A stretch of 64,000 bases of DNA from Candidatus Latescibacterota bacterium (GTDB lineage: Bacteria; Latescibacterota; UBA2968; SICM01). Positions 9,937 to 19,556 of the stretch are shown here, piece by piece (the first letter of the stretch is position 1; each line of letters opens with the position of its first letter). The notes beneath the pieces were generated by a model, which had not been told where the DNA came from, made no database searches, and saw only the letters and a program-made list of their open reading frames with translations. A program made the translations under genes and the position numbers. Location: positions 3,360,001 to 3,424,000 of the forward strand of contig CBDCJO010000002.1 of NCBI GenBank assembly GCA_965217865.1, read 5' to 3'.

Positions 9937-10356
9937 CTATTCCGTTTTTTCGGTCTCTCCTCCTCCGGATGTCTCTGAACCGGATGCCGCTTCTCCCGAT
10001 GTGGCCCCGGCTTCTCGGGATACCTCACTCGCCGGAGGAAATTCAGGAGCGGTCAGGGGCATCAGTCTCCGTTTGGCGGCCTCTCTCTGCGCAGCGGTCT
10101 CGATTTGAGTCCCACTCCCGCCTCGAAAAATAAAGAGGGTGAGCACCATGCAGCTGATGAGGAATAAGATGGCCGTATAAGTTGTGATCTTGCCCAACAT
10201 GGTGGCTGCACCACGGCTCCCGAGAACGGTTCCGGTCGCTCCACCCGCGCCGCCAAGGGCGCCCGCAAGACTGCCTCCTTTTCCGGCCTGGAGAAGGATG
10301 GATAGGGCAAGGACAAAGCAGATGATGATATGGATCGTTACGAGAAGGGTTGTCAC
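9937..10356 (-). CDS. secG: Preprotein translocase subunit SecG
   Basis: ILLQAGKGGSLAGALGG, RGAATMLGKIT; two TM helices; lies between tpiA and tRNA-Leu. Confidence 0.95.
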   Translation of the reverse strand: MTTLLVTIHIIICFVLALSILLQAGKGGSLAGALGGAGGATGTVLGSRGAATMLGKITTYTAILFLISCMVLTLFIFRGGSGTQIETAAQREAAKRRLMPLTAPEFPPASEVSREAGATSGEAASGSETSGGGETEKTE

Positions 10357-10397
10357 GGATACCTCGATTAGCGATATGTACGACCGAAAACGCGATG

Positions 10398-11159
10398 TCA
10401 GACGGCGACAGCGACTTTAATGATGGCCGCAAACGCGCCTGGATCCAGGGAGGCCCCTCCGATCAGCCCGCCGTCGATCTGGGGCTGGGAAAAGAGGTCT
10501 TGAGCGTTGTCTTCCTTGACGCTTCCCCCGTATAGGATTCGGATGTCCTCCCCGACGGTCTCGTCGTAGAGATCGGCAAGGAGCGACCGGATGAACGCGT
10601 GAATCTCCTGGGCCTGCTCCGGTTTTGCGGTCAAGCCCGTGCCGATCGCCCACACAGGTTCGTACGCGATGACGGTCTTTTCGGCCTCTTCGGCGGCGAC
10701 ACCTTCGAACGCACAACGCACCTGCCGGTCCACAATCCTGCGCGTGGCATTGCCTTTTCGCTCGTCGAGGGTTTCCCCGACACAAATGATCGGGATGAGG
10801 CCTGTGTTCAGGGCGGATACGGTCTTCCGATTGACCGCCTCGTCCGTTTCTCCGAAGAGCGCCCTCCGTTCGGAGTGACCTAATATAACGTAAAGACAAC
10901 CGGTAGTCAACAGCATACCAGGCGCTACTTCCCCGGTGAACGCCCCCGATTCCACCCAGTACATATCCTGTCCGCCCAGGGCTACAGTGGACCCCCGGAG
11001 GGCCTGGTGCATCGGCCAAAGGGAGGTAAACGGCGGGCAAAGAACGATCTCGACCCCGCTGACCCCTCCGATGCCCGATAGGAGATCGGGGATGAATTCG
11101 AGGGAGTCCTCGACGGTCTTGTTCATCTTCCAGTTTCCAGCCACGATCGGGGTACGCAC
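10398..11159 (-). CDS. tpiA: Triosephosphate isomerase
   Basis: AGNWKMNK, GHSERR, AYEPVWAIGTG, YGGSV, LIGGASL. GTG start at 11159. Confidence 0.98.
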   Translation of the reverse strand: MRTPIVAGNWKMNKTVEDSLEFIPDLLSGIGGVSGVEIVLCPPFTSLWPMHQALRGSTVALGGQDMYWVESGAFTGEVAPGMLLTTGCLYVILGHSERRALFGETDEAVNRKTVSALNTGLIPIICVGETLDERKGNATRRIVDRQVRCAFEGVAAEEAEKTVIAYEPVWAIGTGLTAKPEQAQEIHAFIRSLLADLYDETVGEDIRILYGGSVKEDNAQDLFSQPQIDGGLIGGASLDPGAFAAIIKVAVAV

Positions 11160-11176
11160 GTAGAACCTCAAGGAAG

Positions 11177-11302
11177 GCAGTAGCAGAGGCAGTGGCAGGA
11201 AAACCAAAAAAGGGAACCAAGAAGTTGCACGTAGACAAATTAATCGATATTATTTTTTTTGCTACTGCTACTGCTACTGCTACTGCTACTGCTACTGCTA
11301 CT
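11177..11302. repeat. (GCTACT)x7 microsatellite with degenerate inverted partner arm
   Basis: Seven perfect GCTACT units at 11261-11302; complementary GCAGTA/GCAGAG/GCAGTG arm at 11177-11197. Confidence 0.9.
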
Positions 11303-11305
11303 GAT

Positions 11306-12490
11306 TTATGCGTCTGAGAGCGCCGCAACCCCGGGCAGGTTTTTCCCCTCGAGAAGCTCCAGGGATGCCCCGCCGCCGGTGGAGATATGCGTCATCCTGC
11401 CTTCGAGGCCGGCCCCTGCGATCGCCGCGGCGGAGTCCCCCCCTCCGACGATGCTGATCGTACCCCGGTCGGTTGCTTCGGCCAGGGCCCGGGCCAATTG
11501 GGTTGTCCCCCCCGCGAACGCATCTATTTCGAACACACCCATCGGACCGTTCCAGAGGACGGTCTTTGCGCGATGGATCTCATCGACGTAGGACTTCACC
11601 GTTTCCGGTCCGATGTCAAGGGCCTCCCAATCGGGCGGGATGTCCTCGGCAGCAACGACTCTCGTCCGTGCGTGTTGATCAAATCGATCTGCTACAATGT
11701 AATCCATTGGAAGGCGGACCCGGGCGCCCGATTCCTCGAGGATTTGTGCCGCGAGCGGAACCCGATCTGCTTCCAGCAAAGACTTCCCGATTTCAAACCC
11801 CCGTGCCTTCTGGAAGGTGTAGGACATCCCCCCCCCGATCAGGAGTCGATCGACCCTGGACATCAGGTTTCTGATAACTTCGATCTTGCCGGAAACCTTC
11901 TTCCCGCCGAGGATCGCCACAAAAGGCCTTTTTGGGTCTGCCACGGCGGCACCCAGGTGGCCGATCTCCTTAAGCATTAGATGCCCGGCCCCCCTGTGGC
12001 TGAAGTGGTGTGTCACGCCTTCGGTGGAGGCATGAGCGCGGTGGGCGGTCCCGAAGGCGTCGTTGACGTATAGGTCGCCGAGCCTGGCCAGGGCTTCGGC
12101 GAAGGCCGGATCGTTGCGTTCCTCCTCCGGATGAAAACGCAGGTTTTCAAGGAGCAGGACCTGGCCGTCGAGCATTCCATTCACCAGGTCCTCGACTTCC
12201 GGACCGATGCAGTCTGGGGCCATGGTCACGGTCCGGTCCAGAACCTCCCCCAACCGCTCCGCGACGGGGTTCAGGGAGAGCCCGGTTACAACCTTACCAT
12301 CGGGCCTCCCCAGATGAGACATCAGGACAGACCGGCCGCCTCTGTCGGAGATGGAACGGATAGAAGGGAGGGACTCGCGGATTCGGGTGTCGTCGGTGAT
12401 CTTTGCCGCTTCAAGGGGAACATTGAAATCCACCCGCGTTAAGACCCGCTGGCCGCGGACATCCAGGTCATCCACGCTCAATTTTCGCAT
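11306..12490 (-). CDS. pgk: Phosphoglycerate kinase
   Basis: RVDFNVP, SHLGRP, LLENLRF, NDAFGTAHRAH, WNGPMGVFE, STGGGASLE. ATG at 12490. Confidence 0.98.
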   Translation of the reverse strand: MRKLSVDDLDVRGQRVLTRVDFNVPLEAAKITDDTRIRESLPSIRSISDRGGRSVLMSHLGRPDGKVVTGLSLNPVAERLGEVLDRTVTMAPDCIGPEVEDLVNGMLDGQVLLLENLRFHPEEERNDPAFAEALARLGDLYVNDAFGTAHRAHASTEGVTHHFSHRGAGHLMLKEIGHLGAAVADPKRPFVAILGGKKVSGKIEVIRNLMSRVDRLLIGGGMSYTFQKARGFEIGKSLLEADRVPLAAQILEESGARVRLPMDYIVADRFDQHARTRVVAAEDIPPDWEALDIGPETVKSYVDEIHRAKTVLWNGPMGVFEIDAFAGGTTQLARALAEATDRGTISIVGGGDSAAAIAGAGLEGRMTHISTGGGASLELLEGKNLPGVAALSDA

Positions 12491-12522
12491 GGTGTTTTTG
12501 GGAAGGGTGGGGGAAGTTCGTC

Positions 12523-13518
12523 CTACCCGCACATCTTCAGGAGCAGTTCGGCGCAACGGTTGGAGTAGCCCCACTCGTTGTCATACCAGCCGAGAACCTT
12601 CACCATGTTCCCACCCATCACGGAGGTGTAGAGCGAATCGAATACGCAGGAAGCGGGGTTTCCGATGATGTCCACGGACACGATCTCCTCCTCGCAGTAC
12701 TCGAGGTAACCTTTCAGCGACCCGCCTGCCGCTTCCCGGAAGGCCGCGTTTACTTCCTGTGCGGAGACCGAGCGTTTAAGCGTTGCGACAAAGTCTGTTA
12801 GAGATCCGTCCGGGGTGGGTACCCGGACGGAGATTCCGTCCAGCTTACCGTTGAGTTCGGGGATCACCTTTCCGACTGCGGTGGCCGCGCCCGTCGAGGT
12901 TGGGATCATCGATAAGCCCGCCGCCCGGGCACGCCGGAGGTCGCGATGGGGCTGGTCGTGGGTCTGCTGGTCGTTGGTGTAGGAGTGAATGGTGGTCATC
13001 ACGCCGTGTTCAACCCCAAACGCCTTGTGGAGGGTTTGGACCATGGGCGCAAGGCAGTTGGTGGTGCAGGAGGCGTTTGAAACGACTTTATCGGTCGGCT
13101 TGAGCGCCTCATCGTTCACGCCCAGGACCACGGTGGGGATGTCGCCCTTGGCCGGGGCGGAGATCAGCACTTTCTTCGCACCCGCAACCAGATGAAGCGA
13201 GGCCTTCTCTTTATCGGTGAAAAGGCCCGTGGATTCCACGACGCCATCCACATCGAGGTTCGCCCAAGGAAGCTTGGACGGGTCTCTCTCCGAAAGGACC
13301 CGGATCTCCCGGTCGTCTACGATGATAGTCCCGTCACCGGCCTTCACATCACCGGGATATCGTCCGTGGATCGAATCGTATTTCAACAGGTGGGAGAGGG
13401 TTTTTGCGTCGGCCAGGTCGTTGACGGCCAGAGTTTCGATTTCGCCGTGCTGTGTTGCGGCCCGGAAGACGAGGCGACCGATCCGACCGAAACCGTTGAT
13501 GCCGATCCGAATAGCCAT
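12523..13518 (-). CDS. gap: Type I glyceraldehyde-3-phosphate dehydrogenase
   Basis: GINGFGRIGR, ASCTTNCL, WYDNEWGYS. ATG at 13518. Confidence 0.98.
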   Translation of the reverse strand: MAIRIGINGFGRIGRLVFRAATQHGEIETLAVNDLADAKTLSHLLKYDSIHGRYPGDVKAGDGTIIVDDREIRVLSERDPSKLPWANLDVDGVVESTGLFTDKEKASLHLVAGAKKVLISAPAKGDIPTVVLGVNDEALKPTDKVVSNASCTTNCLAPMVQTLHKAFGVEHGVMTTIHSYTNDQQTHDQPHRDLRRARAAGLSMIPTSTGAATAVGKVIPELNGKLDGISVRVPTPDGSLTDFVATLKRSVSAQEVNAAFREAAGGSLKGYLEYCEEEIVSVDIIGNPASCVFDSLYTSVMGGNMVKVLGWYDNEWGYSNRCAELLLKMCG

Positions 13519-13528
13519 ATCTTCTCCC

Positions 13529-14572
13529 TTATCCGAAAAACACCTTTGCAATCTCGTAGAGTTCCTTGTCCACGGTTCGAGGTTCTGCAACCGCGTCTTT
13601 GAGACGGATTGCGTCGATCCTGAGTCCCCGCAAACAGACCATCTTTCCGAAATCTTCCTTATGGACCAGGTCGATGGCTGCGATTCCGAAACGGGTGCCC
13701 AGGACGCGGTCGAAGGCGGTGGGACTTCCACCTCGCTGGATGTGGCCCAGAACCGTGGTACGGGTCTCGAACCCGGTTCGCTTCTCGATCTCGCGCGACA
13801 GGAATGTCCCGATACCGCCGAGGCGGGCGTGTCCGAAGGCGTCCTGATCGTCGCCCTGTGTCACGAGGGATCCACCCTTCGGGGTTGATCCTTCGGCCGC
13901 AACGATGATGCTGAAGGTCTTTCCGCGTTTGTGGCGTTTTTCGACGAGGGCGCAGATTTCCTCGATGTCGAAAGGTTCCTCCGGGATCAGGATGATGTCC
14001 GCGCCTCCGGAAATTCCGGCCTCAACGGCGATCCAACCTGCGTCACGCCCCATTACTTCCACAACCATCACCCGGTTGTGCGCTTCGGCGGTGCTGTGGA
14101 GCCGATCGAGGGCCTCCATCACGATATTGATGGCCGTGTCGAAGCCGAAGGTGTAGTCGGTACCCGCCACGTCATTGTCGATGGTCTTGGGTATCCCGAC
14201 GATGTTGATACCGTGATTTTCATACAACCTGTCCGCCACCCCTATCGTGTCGTCACCCCCCACGGCGATCAGGGCATCCAGCTTCAACTGCTTCATGTTC
14301 TCGAGAATGGCCTCCTCGCCATCAGGCTCCTTGAATGGATTTGTGCGGGATGTGCTCAGGATGGTGCCCCCCTTGGGGAGGATTCCGGATATGACGCCGA
14401 GATCCAACGGTTGGGAGATGCCTTCAAGCATTCCCCGCCAGCCTTCCAGAATGCCGATGATCTGATATCCATAGACATCGATACCCTTTCGTACGACTGC
14501 CCGGATCACCGCATTCAACCCGGGACAGTCCCCCCCGCCCGTCAGGATACCCACGCGCTGAATTCCCATCAT
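13529..14572 (-). CDS. pfkA: 6-phosphofructokinase (PfkA family)
   Basis: TGGGDCPGLN, GGDDT, PKTIDND, EVMGR, LGHIQRGG. Confidence 0.96.
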   Translation of the reverse strand: MMGIQRVGILTGGGDCPGLNAVIRAVVRKGIDVYGYQIIGILEGWRGMLEGISQPLDLGVISGILPKGGTILSTSRTNPFKEPDGEEAILENMKQLKLDALIAVGGDDTIGVADRLYENHGINIVGIPKTIDNDVAGTDYTFGFDTAINIVMEALDRLHSTAEAHNRVMVVEVMGRDAGWIAVEAGISGGADIILIPEEPFDIEEICALVEKRHKRGKTFSIIVAAEGSTPKGGSLVTQGDDQDAFGHARLGGIGTFLSREIEKRTGFETRTTVLGHIQRGGSPTAFDRVLGTRFGIAAIDLVHKEDFGKMVCLRGLRIDAIRLKDAVAEPRTVDKELYEIAKVFFG

Positions 14573-15067
14573 TTCTCCCGCAAAAAGAAAAACAAAAAGC
14601 CATCAAATCGGTCAAAGATACGGTTTTCGAAGGATAAAATCAAGTGATTTGCCCGAACCGATCTTTCCTTAACAGATCCTCATCCTTAAGATTAACAAGG
14701 AGATGAAAACAAATCACCTCATGTGTCGTGTGTCACATCGCCCTGAGGTCCGATTTGTTATCGTAAGTCATGTAGGACAGAGAGACTTGTGTCAACTACC
14801 CCAATCCCCCGGATGAGGGTTCAGCAATGGGGTTCGGTTGATTTCACACGGCCTCCAATCAGGTTGATGGTTTAACCGGTAATGATAAGGACTCAAGATG
14901 AATATCAACAGGATTTTCTCTTTTCGGATCGGCCCATGACAGGATGGGGTTGATAAAGGTTGATGTTAACAGTTGCTATGATCTGATGTGATTTTTGAGC
15001 GAAGACCCGAAGAGATAAATTTTATAACAAGTTGTTAAATATTATGATAAGTCGATTCGGACTCTTG

Positions 15068-15083
15068 TGGCACGATGGTTGCA
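15068..15083 (+). promoter_or_regulatory. Sigma54 (-24/-12) promoter
   Basis: TGGCACGATGGTTGCA is an exact match to TGGCAC-N5-TTGCW, about 65 bp upstream of the ATG at 15148, in an AT-rich intergenic region. Confidence 0.85.
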
Positions 15084-15147
15084 TAACCAAAATTAGGGTT
15101 AAAAAATAAGGTCCAGGCGTGAACTATGACGGAAAGGTAACTTTCGA

Positions 15148-15738
15148 ATGAAACTCGAAGATCGAAAGCGTATTCTGATACTGGACAATGAACCTGTGAT
15201 TCTGGACCGGGTTGAACGGGCTCTTCGGTCGAGCAACTTCGAAGCTCGGGGGACTTCCCGCTGGACCGAGGCCCTGGATATGGTCACGCACAATCCCCCG
15301 GACCTGGTCCTCATGGATCTCAGGATGCCCACGGTCCAGGGAGAGACTCTCCTGGGGCATATTCGGGAACATGACCATTGCCTGCCGATTGTGGTTATGT
15401 CCGAAACGTGCGAACCGGAGACGAGGGAAGACCTCCAAAGGCTCAAGATTCAGGATTTTGTGCTGAAACCTCTTCAGCTCGATCAGCTGGTTGGAACTGT
15501 CCAGGGTGTGCTGGACCGGATTTCACCCAGAACCGCATCTCCCCTCCCGGAGGGGGTTTCGGATTCGCCATTCGATATCCCGGAGCAGGACATTGGGAAT
15601 TCCCATTCGGTTTCCCAGCCCCCTTCACGTCCAAAGAACCGCCGCAACCGTTTTCGCCTCAGACTTTGGAAGTCCAGGGCTTTTCGTTTATATTTCATCA
15701 TATCCATGGTCGGCCTCATCAGCGTCCTCAACGGATAA
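15148..15738 (+). CDS. Response regulator receiver with low-complexity linker and hydrophobic C-terminus
   Basis: ILILDNE, PDLVLMDLRMP, VLKP; no DNA-binding output domain. Confidence 0.8.
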   Translation: MKLEDRKRILILDNEPVILDRVERALRSSNFEARGTSRWTEALDMVTHNPPDLVLMDLRMPTVQGETLLGHIREHDHCLPIVVMSETCEPETREDLQRLKIQDFVLKPLQLDQLVGTVQGVLDRISPRTASPLPEGVSDSPFDIPEQDIGNSHSVSQPPSRPKNRRNRFRLRLWKSRAFRLYFIISMVGLISVLNG

Positions 15739-15804
15739 CCCTTCCCAATTCAGCGATGAAAGACCGGCCGCTTGATTAATTTATGGTGGTTACAGGGTAT
15801 TTCT

Positions 15805-16482
15805 ATGTCTGCGATGGGTGAAGCCCAGAGGCAAAATTTGGACGTATCCCGGGTGGGTCGCCGTGGGGCTTTCCTTGGAACAATCGCATCACAGATCCGG
15901 TCTCGGACGGCCGAGATCCTGCGCGGAAAGTCCGGTACTGTACTGGATGTGGGGTGCGGCAACGGGTTGTTATTCTCCGAACTCGGGGCACACACGAACC
16001 TTCGAATGGTGGGTCTGGACGAAGATTTGCCCCTCCTTCGGGAAGGCCTGGGTGTGGTGGAGGACAACGGCATGTCGGATGCGAATCTGGTGAAAGGAGA
16101 TGCCTTTCGCCTTCCGATAAAAGACAAAGCCGCGGACTTTGTCGTTGTGTTGAACACGCTTATGAACCTTCTGTCAAACGACCAGGCTGAACAGCTTCTC
16201 AAGGTGTTGATGGCAGTTTGTAAAGATGATGGCCGATTAATCTTCGACGTGCGAAACGGATCGAACCCGCTGCTCCGCCTCCGTTACGCGATCCACAACC
16301 TGCGGGGGGATTTCAAGATTCGGTCCTACCGCCTTCGATGGATTCGGAGAGTCTGCGAAAGCAACGGTTTTGACCTGGCTCGGGCAGAGCCCCTCGGCAC
16401 CTGGATCCCCAGGGCCTACCTTATCGAAGCACGAAATCAGGGATCGGGGTCCGGTGATCGGAGGGTGGGGGGGCCACTCTGA
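15805..16482 (+). CDS. Class I SAM-dependent methyltransferase
   Basis: VLDVGCGNG, GDAFRLP, DGRLIF. The ORF track starts at 15772; ATG 15805 is more likely. Confidence 0.85.
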   Translation: MSAMGEAQRQNLDVSRVGRRGAFLGTIASQIRSRTAEILRGKSGTVLDVGCGNGLLFSELGAHTNLRMVGLDEDLPLLREGLGVVEDNGMSDANLVKGDAFRLPIKDKAADFVVVLNTLMNLLSNDQAEQLLKVLMAVCKDDGRLIFDVRNGSNPLLRLRYAIHNLRGDFKIRSYRLRWIRRVCESNGFDLARAEPLGTWIPRAYLIEARNQGSGSGDRRVGGPL

Positions 16483-16532
16483 TCCTCCAATCCTGAATCC
16501 AGGCCCCCATCACTTGATTCCGAATTTCGACG

Positions 16533-17723
16533 ATGCCACTCCGGATCCCATCCACAGGCACACCGTTTTCCACCTTCGATTTGTTGCGTGCGTTTCTCCC
16601 GCTGGGTGAGGTGCCGCAGTTCGAAGAACAATTCGGCCGCTGGATCGGTTCGCCGTGGTGCCGGTTCGTCAATTCGGGCACGACGGCTCTGTTCTTGATT
16701 TTGAAGGGATTGAAAGTTATCCGGCCGGACCGGGATGAGGTCCTGATGCCGGCCTATACGGCCCCATCCCTGACCCTTCCGATCAAGCGGGCGGGGTTGA
16801 AGGTGGTCCTGAGCGATGTGGACCCCGAGACGTTTAACGCGGACCTGAACGACGTGCGGAGGCGCTTCACGGACAGGACCCTCGCCCTTCTCCTGGTCCC
16901 GATGTTCGGGCTTCCGTGTGATGTGCGCGCCGCCGGAAGAATGGCCGACGACCACGGCGCCTTCTTGATCGAGGATGCAGCATCCGCGATGGGGTCCAAA
17001 TACGAGGGATCCGTGGTGGGAACGGCAGGGGACGTTGGGTTCATCAGTTTCAACCGGGGAAAGAACCTCTCGACCGTGACGGGGGGTGCCATCCTGTCCG
17101 GAAGGGAGGAGATTCAGCGGGCAGTGACAACCGAGTTGGAATCTCTTCCCGGTCTCACGGTCTCGGCCGAGATTCAACTTCGGGCAAAGGCCGTCGGCCT
17201 GGGGATTGCGGTGCGCTCCCTCTGGTATACTTTGCTTTATCCGGTTGTCTCCGGCTTCAAGTATACGTCGCTTCATACGACTTTCGAGGCCTTTCGATAC
17301 ACGGACTTTCAAGCCCGTCTTGGGACCTCCCTGTTGCGTTCCGCTGATCGATTCTTGACCCATCGGCATAAAATCGGCATATTATTGTTGAATTCATTCT
17401 CCGGCACCAAGGGGATCGGGCTACCCAGGATCCTCCCGGGGGGGGAGGCGGTGTTCAACCAGTTTCCGATTCTACTCCCTGACCGGGATTTGCGTGAGGC
17501 GGCGCTTCGGGCGGCCCTCCGGGTCGGCGTGGAGGCAACGACTTTGTATCCGGAGCCGATCCACCGACTCTACGATGACCTGGGTTACTCGACGGATCCG
17601 GATCCCTTTCCGCAGGCGACTGCGATATCCCGAAGAATTCTTCTCCTCCCGACACATCCGCTCGTTGGAGAGAAACGAATCCTGGAGGCGGCGACAGCCG
17701 TGAAACAGACCCCTGAAGGATGA
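16533..17723 (+). CDS. DegT/DnrJ/EryC1/StrS family PLP aminotransferase
   Basis: NSGTTAL, IEDAA, SFNRGKNL (PLP lysine), GGAI, LLLPTHP. Confidence 0.92.
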   Translation: MPLRIPSTGTPFSTFDLLRAFLPLGEVPQFEEQFGRWIGSPWCRFVNSGTTALFLILKGLKVIRPDRDEVLMPAYTAPSLTLPIKRAGLKVVLSDVDPETFNADLNDVRRRFTDRTLALLLVPMFGLPCDVRAAGRMADDHGAFLIEDAASAMGSKYEGSVVGTAGDVGFISFNRGKNLSTVTGGAILSGREEIQRAVTTELESLPGLTVSAEIQLRAKAVGLGIAVRSLWYTLLYPVVSGFKYTSLHTTFEAFRYTDFQARLGTSLLRSADRFLTHRHKIGILLLNSFSGTKGIGLPRILPGGEAVFNQFPILLPDRDLREAALRAALRVGVEATTLYPEPIHRLYDDLGYSTDPDPFPQATAISRRILLLPTHPLVGEKRILEAATAVKQTPEG

Positions 17724-17729
17724 GTCCCT

Positions 17730-18896
17730 ATGATCGCACGAAAAAACATCGCCAGAATGACGAAGAAGGCCCTAGCGAACCCGGGATATGCCTGGCAGGC
17801 ATTTCACAAGCGCCTCCGGTCTGCTATTACCTACCATCTGTATGACGGCCGAAGTGCCTGGCCGGAGACGATCTCTCTTTTCCTGACCTACAAGTGCAAT
17901 TTGAGATGCTATATGTGCGGCCAATGGGGGGATGCGGGGGCGTTCAAGGAATTCGACAATCAGGTCCTTCGGGAGCGCCTGTCCAAGGAAGAGATCTGCG
18001 CCTTCATCGATGATATCGCCTTCTTCCGTCCGAACATCACCCTGTTCGGAGGGGAGCCGATGCTCTACAAAGGGTGGACGGAGGTGGTCGCCCATATCAA
18101 ACAGCAGAAGATGAGATGCAACATGGTCACGAACGGTACCCTGCTGGAAGTCTACGCCGAGGCCATCGTGAAGATCGGTATGGATGAAATTATCCTCTCC
18201 ATAGACGGGCCGGAGGAGGTCCACGATCACACGCGCGGCGCAGGGGGGACATTCGCGAGCATCGAAAGGGGGATGCGGGCAATTGCCGAGGAGAAGGCAA
18301 AACGCAGATCACGGTATCCGATCCTCAACATCAACTGCACGATCACGAATGACAACCACCACAACCTCGAAGAGATCCTAGACGTTGCGGAGGATTTGGG
18401 TGTGAACGGTCTCAATTTCCATCATCTCCTGTTTATCGACCAGAACATCTACGACCAGCACGACGCGATCTTCAACGCCAGCTTCAAGCAGTCCACCACC
18501 GATTGGAAAGGTTTCGTCTGTGACCAGCTTCCCACGATCGACTCAGATGTCCTGATCGGGCAGATCCATAAGGTGACGGATCGGGATTCTCCGGTATCGG
18601 TCACGGTCTATCCGAATCTTCCGTCCGATGAAGTTCGAGATTGGTATTCGGGCTTCGAGTTCACGTCGAAGAGCTACAAAAATCGCTACATGAGCCTCTG
18701 GATGGCCGCCTGGGTGTTCCCGGACGGCCAGGTACGACCCTATCACACCATGAACTACTCTCCCGGAAATATCCGCGAACAGAGTTTTCGGGAGATCTGG
18801 AATAACGACCCCTACCTGTCCTATCGGAGCGAGGTCAAAAGGCGCAAGCGGTTTCCGGTCTGTTCGAAGGGGTGTACCGAGCTCTATCGATATTAG
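17730..18896 (+). CDS. Radical SAM protein with SPASM/twitch-like C-terminus
   Basis: CNLRCYMC, GGEP, TNG, SIDG, HD..RG; C-terminal GNI.EQSF.EIWN...C..GC. Confidence 0.92.
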   Translation: MIARKNIARMTKKALANPGYAWQAFHKRLRSAITYHLYDGRSAWPETISLFLTYKCNLRCYMCGQWGDAGAFKEFDNQVLRERLSKEEICAFIDDIAFFRPNITLFGGEPMLYKGWTEVVAHIKQQKMRCNMVTNGTLLEVYAEAIVKIGMDEIILSIDGPEEVHDHTRGAGGTFASIERGMRAIAEEKAKRRSRYPILNINCTITNDNHHNLEEILDVAEDLGVNGLNFHHLLFIDQNIYDQHDAIFNASFKQSTTDWKGFVCDQLPTIDSDVLIGQIHKVTDRDSPVSVTVYPNLPSDEVRDWYSGFEFTSKSYKNRYMSLWMAAWVFPDGQVRPYHTMNYSPGNIREQSFREIWNNDPYLSYRSEVKRRKRFPVCSKGCTELYRY

Positions 18897-18963
18897 CTCC
18901 CCCGCCCCATCGGAGGTAGAGAGGAGAGAGCGGGCTTCATCAGATGTATGAAGAGGCAGACAA

Positions 18964-19040
18964 TGTAGGGGGCGCTCCGCGGTTGCCTTGTGAATCCCTC
19001 CCAAGAAGCACAGGCAACCTGAACAGGAGCGTCCCTCACA
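18964..19040. repeat. GTAG-type REP doublet (REPIN-like inverted repeat)
   Basis: TGTAGGGGGCGCTCC..GGTTGCCT and AGGCAACC..GGAGCGTCCCTCACA are imperfect inverted arms. Confidence 0.55.
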
Positions 19041-19068
19041 TTCAGAGTGGAAGGGATGGGGGAAAATC

Positions 19069-19428
19069 ATGTCCACGATCCTGATCGTTGATGACCACGA
19101 CGATGTCCGGGAACTTCTCAGGGATTTCTTCCACTCGAACGGCCATCAGGTCGTCACCGCCGCAGACGCTGACGAGTGTTTGGAAAAGGTGCGGGACGAA
19201 AAGCCTGTCCTGATCCTGATGGATATCATGATGCCTCGCGTCCACGGGGTCGAAGCCATGCGCAGGGTGAAGGAAATCGATCCGGACATTATGGTCATTA
19301 TGATCACCGCTGTGGACGATAAGGAGATCTCTGAGGAGGCCATGGCCAGCGGCGCGACAGATTACATCACCAAGCCGATCGACCTGCAGTACCTCGACAC
19401 GATCGTCACCTTTGCCCTGTTCTCATAA
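19069..19428 (+). CDS. Stand-alone response regulator receiver (CheY-like)
   Basis: ILIVDD, LMDIMMP, MITA, DYITKP. Confidence 0.93.
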   Translation: MSTILIVDDHDDVRELLRDFFHSNGHQVVTAADADECLEKVRDEKPVLILMDIMMPRVHGVEAMRRVKEIDPDIMVIMITAVDDKEISEEAMASGATDYITKPIDLQYLDTIVTFALFS

Positions 19429-19556
19429 AAGCAAAACGATATCAGTCTCGTATAAATCAACAGCGATATAATTAGCGTAAAAAAGCTATAGGTCCCCCCG
19501 CGCTTCTCCTTCGCACGCTTTTAGCCTTTCCCCAAGCCATATCGTCAGGGAGGGAT

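Noticed and set aside
9786-10133. Plus-strand ORFs over the tRNA (WCRRRDSNPH)
   Set aside because: Typical antisense translation of a tRNA gene and secG.
11259-11591. Poly-Leu ORF, and the poly-(Val-Ala) ORF at 10417-11328
   Set aside because: Both arise from the GCTACT microsatellite and overlap pgk or tpiA.
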